A stretch of 64,000 bases of DNA from Eledone cirrhosa (taxonomy: Eukaryota): assembly GCA_964016885.1 (NCBI GenBank), contig OZ024746.1, forward strand, positions 18,662,001 to 18,726,000. The letters are read 5' to 3'. The notes under the pieces were generated by a model. It was given only the letters and a program-made list of their open reading frames with translations. It ran no database searches and was not told the origin of the DNA. A program made the position numbers and the translations under genes. Shown here in pieces: positions 51,101 to 62,300 of this stretch; position 1 is the first letter of the stretch; the number at the start of each line of letters is the position of its first letter.

Positions 51101-54100
51101 CTCTCTCTGTGTTTCCCTTTCTTTCTCTCTCTCTGTTTCCCTTTCTTTCTCTCTCTCTCGTTCCATTTCTTTCTCTGGAAGACACTGGCTATGTTGTGAC
51201 TTGACCTGGGGGGGGATGGGTCCCACAAGGTTTAAAATGCCCAAGACAGGCCTTGTGTTAGGACAGTATCCCTTTGATGCTATCAGGAGTTAATGGACGT
51301 TAAACAATGATGATGGTGGTTTCTAGTTCAGAATGTATTTTGTGATGGCATGTTTGGAAGGAAGCCTTTAAATGCATCATCAAACTAATTACTCCTGTGC
51401 ATCACCTACATACAAAATCAACGTTTTCTGTTAGTCTACATACAATCCCACTCCATCTCTTTTGTACATGTTTTACATTTACATTGTATAGAGTTCACCT
51501 CTACTCCTTTCTTACATATTGAGCATGGACACTTCCCTGATAGGACTTGAGTCCTATCTTATTTCCTACTTACTAAAACTTTGATCATTAGATTTTAAGT
51601 TCTTTTTTCAAAGCCAGAACTTCTTCGCTAGCTCTTCCACAAATTCAGCAATAAGAAACAAGTCGTCTACAGAAGTTTCCATAGATAACCAGTCTTAAAC
51701 TCATCTGTTAGGAATATAATAAACAAGAGACTTGATGAATACTTACCTGCACATTGAATTCCTCACTGAATGTTACCTACCCTTACTCTGCTGACTGCAC
51801 CTGTGTATATAGCTTGCACCGTTCACACAAGTCACTGACCACACCTGTGTATATGGCTTGTGCTGCTTTCACAAGTCACTCATCTACTCCCAATTTCTTG
51901 AAGGACCATCAGATAATAGATTGTGGAATTCAGTCAAAGGCCTTCTCCAGATCAACAAAAATTACATATAGTGGCTTACATTAGCATTTACTCTGCATCA
52001 ATAGGCTCTAGGCTTTGTAGGTTAAGAAGATTTAAAATCACTCATCCTCTGTGGTTAGTCTATTCTAAGCTGAAGGCTCATCTGGCCAATACTTATCCCT
52101 GGTTTCCTTGGTGTTAAGCAACTGAGAATACATGAATCTTCCTGGATAGGACACTGGTTCCTTGGTAATAATAAAGATGATCAGTTGTTTGGCTCAGAGA
52201 AAGTAGAGTTAACTAAATATTGCAAGATGTTCTATTGATTCTACCATATCTTTCTCTTTCCTGTAACTCCTGAAGGAGTTGTAGGGGTGCCATATTGATA
52301 TATGGTGTGTCTAGGGTATTTTTAAACCTGGCAGAGTTCTTCCAGAAGTAGATAGAGAGTGAGAGAATGGAAGTGAGAAAGATATATAGAGGAAAAATCA
52401 ACCCCAGTATTAGACTGGTACTTTTTTATCGACCTCAAATTTATGAAAGGCAAAGTTGACCTTGGTGGAATTTTAGAGAGCCAAAATGAATACTGCAAAG
52501 TAATCTATCTGATGTTCTTATGACTCAGTCAATTTGACACCTTGATTCTACCATCTACCATTCTGGTATTAAAAACAATGTTAATATAAATCTGAAGAGA
52601 TTATATTTGCCTCTCTACTTTCCTTCCTTCATCTACTATTGGTTTATTAATTGTTTATATTCTTTTTTTTCTCCTTTTATTTAGGATGAAAGCAATCTTA
52701 TTTTATCTGTGTTTTACAAATGTTCTGCTCAGGATGTTTCCAGTATCATTTTATTATCCAAATTGAAAAATTATTCTCCTGGTATGTAAACATTATTTTT
52801 TTCTCTGACTGGGCGGTGGATTGGCAGTATCGGTAGAGAGTCGGACACCATGCTTTGAAGCATAGAGTTATGTCCCTTTATGATCTGAGTTCAAATCCCG
52901 CCGAGGTTAACTTTGCCTTTCATCCTTACGGGGTCGATAAAATAAAGTACCAGTAATGTACTGGGTAATTGCTGGCCTTGTGCAAAAAATAGAAACAATT
53001 ATTTTATTCTCTGACTTCTATTTTCATTGTTCCTTTTGTCTACATATTTTTGCACAAATGATTAGTTGTATGATATGTATGTCCCAAGAACTGCACAGAG
53101 TGGCAGTACAGCCAGTCAAACCATCAACAATTCTAATATAAAAAAAGAAACTGAAGTTGGTATACATTATTTGTATTTAAACAATTAAATAAGTATTGAC
53201 ATAGCTGATCTATTGAACTTTTATGAAGCATTGAAAAGATAGAATAGTGTGTTCATTGAGAACATCATTCTTTATATTAATCTATATACTTCTCAGTTTA
53301 CATCAGAAATAATCACACTCTCCTTTTCTATTACTTTAATATGTGGCCAATGCTCCTGTGTAATAAAATTATCTATTAATTTGTTGTCACTCCACCTTTT
53401 TTTTTATGAACATTCTGTAAAGTAAATTAGTTCAGAACCAGAAAAGAAGGCTACACTTCCAATGATGAGTCCCCATAAACAAGAACCTTTGAAGTTGATT
53501 CACTTCCATCCTTAGTCAAAGAAGTACATTAGACAAATGCCCTTAATATTTTACCAAAATCACTACATATAACTCTATTGGAGTTATTTCTTATGTTGAA
53601 GACAATGGAAATAATGAAACCAAAATTTCTATTTATATAGTTGTTTTAACTAATTTTATTTTTCAGAAAAAGCCCTTGCTTTGATGGGTGACATTAAAAA
53701 ACGGGACTTAAAATTTGGCAAGAAATCCAAACTGAGGTAAGCTGGGATCAATATGTAAAAGAAAAAAATGTTTTAAAAGAATAACAACAACAAAAATAGA
53801 GAATACGAGGGTTGGCTGAAAAGTTCATAGGCTGACCAAGACACTCTCGTGGAATGACCAAATGAGGTTTATTTTTTAGCATAGTCCCTGGAAAGAAACA
53901 ATGCTGTTATTAACAAGAGGAGTTGAAATTAATGCATGCAAGAATTCACAGCCCTAGCATCAGTCTTTCATAGTCAGTCTATGAACTTTTCTGTTCACCC
54001 TCATAAAACTCCTATTGAAATTGACAAATGACTTATTTTGATTCATGTCATTGAGTTGCTAGAGAGATACAATAATCCTCACATTGTTATTTTTGTCTCT

Positions 54101-56107
54101 TTACTGTTAAGAATTGGTTTAGGTAAAAAACTTATTGGGTGGTTAGTTTATATTTGATGAGAAAAAAAAATCACCAAATCACAGAAGATGGTGACCTCAT
54201 AATGAAGTATCTATGGGATCTTCATGTTTTGGGAAACGAGAAAGCATATTCTTGATTCAGGAAAAGACACATTAGATAATGTTGTCCTACATATCTCTAA
54301 AATTACTGGATGGTCATGGATAGATTGCTTTTAGTCTTAAGTTTACTGAATCAAGGCTGACCAAAGACTAAACAACAACAGTATCTTATGTTCTCATGTT
54401 TTGGTGGTCAAGACCTCTAGAAATCTGTCTTCACTCCATGATTTTTTTCTGTTGTTCAGCTATGGCCTGGAGCAGGATGGGCTCCGCCAGGCTTAAAATG
54501 CCCAAGAAAGGCTGTATACAGTGTCCTTACAACTCCAACAGGTGTTATGGGACTATCACATCACATGCCATGGCAACCTCACATTATCAGTACCCAATGA
54601 TATTTCTTCCAGTTAATAATAATGAAATTATTGTGTACAGTGCTCAGGTGCACTACAACTCATCAAAGGTGCATGTATAGTACATAGAATAATGTACAAA
54701 TGTCAGGAAAATGAACAGTGTATGAGTCATGATATAATAACAATAACAATAATGAAATATTGTGTACAGTGCCCAGGTGCACCACAACTCATCAAAAAAG
54801 TGCATGTACAGTACATAGGGCAATGCACAAACATCAGTAAAATGAACAGTACACGAGTCATGATACACACGTGTGTGCATGTGTATGGAAGGGGTACATC
54901 AGGTGTAGTTTTGGCGTATTTCGGGAAGCATGAGTGTCTTAAAGGATGCAGTGTCTCGGGAGCTAACAATTGACGCAGGCAGTTTGTTCCATGCTTCAGC
55001 AACTCTGAGCGTGAAAAAATGTCTGCGAAAGGTGTTTTGATCCTGAATATATATTCAGTCTACTCAATATATATTGTCTTAACCTTTATATGGTTTAGTC
55101 AGGATTGCTATGGATGGAAGACTTGTGTTACTTTTGTGTAATAGAAATTATTTATTCATAGTATAGAAATGTCTTTACCACTTTTAACTTTACATTGTTT
55201 TATATTATATTTAGTTATCTGAATCATATGTTGTTGTTATATGTCTTAACACTGTTATGTATCTTTCACCTGTTCAAATATAATATTGTTGTCTTTCAGG
55301 TACTAGATCCTCCAATATTTCTTTATGTATCTTAATATTGTTGCTATGAGTTCAAATCCTGCCGAGGTCAACTTTGCCTTTCATCCTTCCGTGGTCGATA
55401 AAATAAAATGTTGGTAAAGTACTGGGGTTGATTCAATCAACTAAGTCCTTCACCTAAATTTATTGGCCATGTGCCTAAATTAGAAACCAGTATTGTTGCT
55501 GTTGAACCTTAAACTATTGTGTCTTTCAGCTACCTGAACAATTTAGCGAGTGTTGTATTATACCTAGACCTATGTGACCTAGATGCTGCTGAACTGGAAC
55601 TTTCTAACATACCAAAAGTAAGTTGAAGTAACCTCTATGAAAATAATCCTTTCTTGTACTTAAGCTTAATTGTTTTGTATGATGAGGAAGTCATATAATA
55701 TAGCTAATTGATTATTATATTAATACCTGTATTGCTAATTTTTCAATAACAATAATAATAATATAAATGAAAATAATTATAATAATAGAAAGAGGAACAG
55801 AGATTTGCTCAAGTTTGTGTTGAAATAACTTTGTACTTCCTCAGAAAATTAAACATATTTGATACAATCTTATAGTTACTTCTTACTTGTGTTTTATATA
55901 CATATATATATATATATATTATTTATTTAGAAATGACTTATACAGGACAAGAACTGTTTCAATCATATGAAATCCTCCCATGATTTCTTGTCAACAAAAC
56001 AGTTCTAGTCCTGCAGAAGTTGTATCTATATAAAATAAAGATGCCTATATTCTACCAAGGTATTGAGTAATTTTTTTAATTGTGATTATTTCCTGACCGC
56101 ACGCACA

Positions 56108-56150
<43 letters not shown>

Positions 56151-56315
56151 TTGCTCGCACGCACGCTTGCTCGCACGCACGCTTGCTCGCACGCACGCTT
56201 GCTCGCTCGCACGCACGCTTGCTCGCTCGCTCGCTCGCCCGCCCTATATAAAATAAAGATGCCTATATTCTACCAAGGTATTGAGTAATTTTTTTAACTG
56301 TGATTATTTCCTGAC

Positions 56316-56354
<39 letters not shown>

Positions 56355-59300
56355 CCGCCCGCCCGCCCACCCACTCTTTTATATATATATATATAAAATG
56401 TCTTACTTATTTTAATTACAGACAGACCTTGTACAAATTTGTGTTGAACACTCACAACTAATAAGTGAACAGTTGGATAAGCTATCTCCGTTTGCACAGG
56501 TAAAATTCTCATTTCTCTTCCAGTTTTCTTTTTTGCATTCAATTGCTTCTTCCTACCTACAAAATGTACTCTCCTCAAAATTTCAATAGGCATTTCCCAG
56601 TCATGTGATCTATGATATTTTAATGATTGCTCTACTTTACCAAAGAAGGTGGCTGCATAATTTGCTGTGGTTGACTTATCTAGAAGTTAGAGCAGCTTAT
56701 GCAGTTATAAATCACATGAACAAAGCATTCTTTCAATCCAGTCTAATCTAGGGCCTTCTCACTCCCATTGGAGTTACCCAGGGGTGTAGCTGTACTCACC
56801 ACACTTGACCAATTGCGGGTTATCTTCACCTTATTTTGGTAGCTGTTTTATGGCATCTTCACACAGGAGCACGTTATTCTTTATAATTAAAGAAGATAAT
56901 ATTTTATATCTTGCATGTAACATTTTTTAGATGATTGGGTTTGACTATTTATTTTTCGTCTTTTTGAAGCTGTTGAGGAAGAGTTCTGCAGAGGTGCTGC
57001 TAGAAATTTTGGTCTGTTTCCATGACCAAGGAAAGTTACCATACATTGCTTGTTTACAACTTCTTCAAGTGAGTAATACTACTACTGTGTTATACTACTA
57101 GATGTGTTTGTTTGTAATCCTATATCTTCACTACTATTATAATGATTTTAATGATGATCAACAACACTACCAACTTCAGCTGGTTTACATAGCTCTGGAA
57201 TGTAAAAACTCTGTATGTGTAGATGAAATTGTATGACAATCTATCACCTGTTACATCCAACAGTCTCACACCTAAGATAATTATTTTAACTGTTGCTGGT
57301 ACTTTTTGTCACTAATCTATACTTGTTGGAATGTGAGACCGTATGTAAGAGAAATGCAGACTCCTCAGTCTGTCTGGAAGGTCAGTAGCTCCGTTTCAGT
57401 ACTGACTTAGTCTATGTAGACCTGCCCAACCCTTGCTTGCAGGGAAAGTGGACATTTAACAATGATGTTTGATTGATAGGTGTATGGTTGGGAAGACCCT
57501 TCAGTTTGTGTTAACAGACACAACTTCTCTGCATTTGATAGGATGCATGACCATACGTACGCAGGATAGACCCCTCGGCCTGTCTTGAAAGTCTATAGCT
57601 CCTCTTCAGTACTGATTGGGTCAATGTAGACCAGTCCAACCCTTGCTAGCTGGGAAAATGAGACATTATACAATGATGATGATGTTGATGAGTTCTCTGA
57701 ATATTTTTTACCTACCTCAAATGCTATACTCTGTGACAGGCATTGTACTTTAGTCCTAGACCTTAATACTTTCTTTACTTGCTTTAGTCAACTGATTTAA
57801 AACAGGCAGCATTTTGATTGTCAAGTGATCAAGGTTTGTGTCAAATGTTTATCTGTTAAATAGTTGTTCTGTTTAGTTATATCAATATCTATATTTGCAG
57901 GACCATCTGATATGCACTAATGTACAGTGTAAAGAGTGGAAAGTCACTACCAAATCCAAATTAGTGTCATATTAATATAAGTTTAAAATGTTACTGTCAT
58001 AAATATGTTTTCTACTAATAAAAACTTTTTCTTTTTTTTTTTTGTCTTTATCTAGGGAGACTATGAAATACATCAAAACACACACATAAAAATGTTTTTG
58101 GAAATGTTACTTAAAGGTAAGCATAAAATTTGATTTAAACTTGCTATAAAAACAAGACATTTGTTGTTTTTGCTATAACTGGTGTGAGTGACAGAATCTA
58201 CGACTTTTTCTATGGAATATCAAAACCAAAAGATCATTTGCCACACAAGATTATCATCAACATCACTACTAATAAACAGAGCAAAGTCATGATTACACAT
58301 CATCATCATCACCAACATTACTAATAACCAGAAGAAAGCCGTGTTTACACACCATTATCACTATCAACATCACTACTAATAACCAGAGGAAAGCCGTGTT
58401 TACACACCATTATCACTATCAACATCACTACTAATAACCAGAAGAAAGCCGTGTTTACACACCATTATCACTATCAACATCATTACTAATAACCAGAGGA
58501 AAGCAGTGTTTACACATCATTATCACTATCAACATCACTACTAATAACCAGAAGAAAGCCGTGTTTACACACCATTATCACTATCAACATCACTACTAAT
58601 AACCAGAGGAAAGCTGTGTTTACACACCATTATCACTATCAACATCACTACTAATAACCAGAGGAAAGCAGTGTTTACACACCATTATCACTATCAACAT
58701 CACTACTAATAACCAGAAGAAAGCCGTGTTTACACACCATTATCACTATCAACATCACTACTAATAACCAGAGGAAAGCCGTGTTTACACACCATTATCA
58801 CTATCAACATCACTACTAATAACCAGAGGAAAGCTGTGTTTACACACCATTATCACTATCAACATCACTACTAATAACCAGAGGAAAGCTGTGTTTACAC
58901 ACCATTATCACTATCAACATCACTACTAATAACCAGAAGAAAGCCGTGTTTACACACCATTATCACTATCAACATCACTACTAATAACCAGAAGAAAGCC
59001 GTGTTTACACACCATTATCACTATCAACATCACTACTAATAACCAGAAGAAAGCTGTGTTTACACACCATTATCACTATCAACATCACTACTAATAACCA
59101 GAGGAAAGCTGTGTTTACACACCATTATCACTATCAACATCACTACTAATAACCAGAAGAAAGCTGTGTTTACACACCATTATCACTATCACCATCACTA
59201 CTAATAACCAGAAGAAAGCTGTGTTTACACACCATTATCACTATCAACATCACTACTAATAACCAGAGGAAAGCTGTGTTTACACACCATTATCACTATC

Positions 59301-62300
59301 ACCATCACTACTAATAACCAGAGGAAAGCTGTGTTTACACACCATTATCACTATCAACATCACTACTAATAACCAGAAGAAAGCTGTGTTTACACACCAT
59401 TATCACTATCAACATCACTACTAATAACCAGAGGAAAGCTGTGTTTACACACCATTATCACTATCAACATCACTACTAATAACCAGAAGAAAGCTGTGTT
59501 TACACACCATTATCACTATCAACATCACTACTAATAACCAGAAGAAAGCTGTGTTTACACACCATTATCACTATCAACATCACTACTAATAACCAGAGGA
59601 AAGCTGTGTTTACACACCATTATCACTATCAACATCACTACTAATAACCAGAAGAAAGCCGTGTTTACACACCATTATCACTATCAACATCACTACTAAT
59701 AACCAGAGGAAAGCTGTGTTTACACATTACATAATTTCATTGTCCTTTGCCTTTTCCTTTTTTTTCATACAAAAATTCTATTTTTTGTTTGTTTTTCAGA
59801 TAAAAAGAGGATGGATATTTTCCCAGAAATATCAGTAAGTCAATTTTTTCTTTTCTTTTCTTTCTAAAACCAGAGCTAGACTTTCACCTGCCCTAAGCTA
59901 TATGAAATTTGAGGCTTTTCTCTAACAAAATTTGGGTAATAATGATTTAGTGTTAAAGAATAAAAATATATTTTATAAAATGAAGCCCCTGAGGGTGTGT
60001 GGCCCTAAGCTATAGCTTATTTACCTAATAAATAAGTCCAGCATTACACCCTATCAAAACTGGAACTATTGGAAGCTCTTGGATTAAGACTTTTCAAGGC
60101 AGAACAGTTTTCAGGAAGAATTATTAAAAAACTGCTGCTCGAGTTAGATTATGTTATCCTATTCCTTTGTTTTCTGTGGTCCTGTGAATCATGATTGGTG
60201 ACAATACCTATCACCGAAGCTTTAGATACTAAGAAGGATAAAAAACATTAACTCGTGTTACAAACAAAATTATCTATGGCAACCTCCTGCCCATTAGCCA
60301 TACCATCTGTATCGGGCATCTTCAACTTGCAGGTCATGTCATGAGAAGTAACGAACCTGCTACAAAACTTTTACACCAACCACATTTACAGTGTGGACTG
60401 AGTGCTTTTTGTCATGGCACTAACACGACCACTTTATAGGGTGACTGGGTGCTTTTTGTCATGTCACCTACATGACCGCCTTACAGAGTAGACTGGTTCT
60501 TTTTGTTGTATGACCACTTTACAGGTGTGACTGGGTGCTTTTTGTTGTATGACCACTTTACAGGTGTGACTGGGTGCTTTTTGTTGTATGACCACTTTAC
60601 AGGTATGACTGGGTGCTTTTTGTTGTATGGCCATTTTACAGGGTGGACTGCATGTTTTTTGTCATGTGACCAACACGACCACCTTACAGGGTGAACTGGG
60701 TGCTTTTTATTGTGTCATCAACATGACCACTTTACAGGATGTCATAAGTAAAAATATCTAATTTATTTTTTAAAACTTTTATTTCAGTATCAACTTGTAA
60801 AGATATATCTCCAGAGGCTCCTCCATTGGAGGCCACCACTAAAACAGTCCATAACTGGAAGTCCCTCCAGCCAACCTTTGGTATGTAAACAATAAAATTA
60901 TATGTAAATATATATTTTTTTTTATTAGATATTGGAGTTGAGGAAACATTTATTTGTAATTTCGGAAAACTTATGGTTTAGAGTTAAACAATTGTAAAAA
61001 AGTATATACAAAATAAAATAAAATTAAATGATGAACAATTGTTTTCAATAGCTAAAGTCTAAAACCTGTCACAAGCCTAGAGGCTCATCAGGCCAGTGTT
61101 TATCCTGGTGTCTGTGGTGTGAAGCAACTGGAACCCACCTAGACAGGATGCCTGTCCATTGCAGGGTTAAACCCCCAGCTACTGTTGCTACTCATTTTCA
61201 GCTATGTATACTGGAGCAATGTGAAATGAAGTGTTTTGCTCAAGAACACAACACACAACCCAGTTCAGAAATCAAACCTACAACATTATGATTGCAAGTC
61301 CAACACCCTTACCACTAGGCCACATGCCTCCATTTCAATAACTGTCCTACAAAAGCAATCATCACATTTTATACATAACTATATATTTATATGATCTATG
61401 CCTTAATCGTAACAGCCAGAAGAAAGTTTTAAAGAGAGTCAAACTAAATAGATACCTGCTTGACTTCCTCTCAGTTAAATATTCTACAAATTATCTCTCA
61501 TCAGTATTAATTATTTGTTTATTCTTTATTTATTCTTTTATTTATTTCCTCTGGAATAATGATCAGTGAAACAGGATTTAAATATATATATATATATAAA
61601 TCTCAAAAGTGACACAGAGGAGACTGAGGTTAGCTGGACATGCTCACCGACATCCAGAGTTGACATTGCACTCAGTGCTCCTTTGGGAGCCCCTACATGG
61701 ACACACTAGAAGAGGAAGACCAAGGTTAACGTATGTTGATGCCCTAAGGACAGACACTGGTCTATTGGAGACGCAGGACGTGGCAGCGATAATGAGGGAC
61801 AGAGACCGCTGGAGAGAACTCGTCCATGGATCTTGGGAATTTTACCCGCCTTAGAAAAAAAAAATATATATAAATCCTGTTGTTTACTAACCTCAGTTAG
61901 TACTGCTCAAACTAATCTTTTGTATAAAGATATATAGTATTTGCTGATCAAACACTTCAAAACTACCCCATGGTGCAGTTCCTTTGATATGTTATGCTTC
62001 AGTCAAAGTTTTGGTTAAATTGCACACACTTATCTTGCAGCAGGTTATGTAGAGTGTTTCAGTTCAGCTGTGCTGTTTGTTTTGCTGTCCTACTTTTTTG
62101 TCAAAGCCATTAATACTTTATCACTGTGTTCCCGCTATAGCAGTAATAGCCTGAATGTAATCTCTACAAGATTCCTGTTAAAGCATTAATGAACAACACA
62201 TGTAGAAAAAGAAGATAAAATATTAAAAATAGACAACTGATCATGTTGCAGCTTTGTAGTTACGTTTTTTATGACTCATTGTTAATTGTGATTTTGATAT

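Noticed and set aside
55281-55300. Extra HPS3 exon at decoy acceptor GTCTTTCAG
   Set aside because: In the required phase it hits a stop immediately (G TAC TAG). The acceptor at 55529 gives the continuous frame.
56063-56593. Arg/Ala/His-rich ORFs
   Set aside because: Translations of the (GCAC)n microsatellite.
58255-59725. CRISPR-like array
   Set aside because: Units are contiguous and near-identical with no unique spacers, in a eukaryotic intron with no cas genes.
60372-60738. Repeat-spacer array
   Set aside because: The variable parts are mutated versions of each other, and the core matches the RTE 3' UTR.
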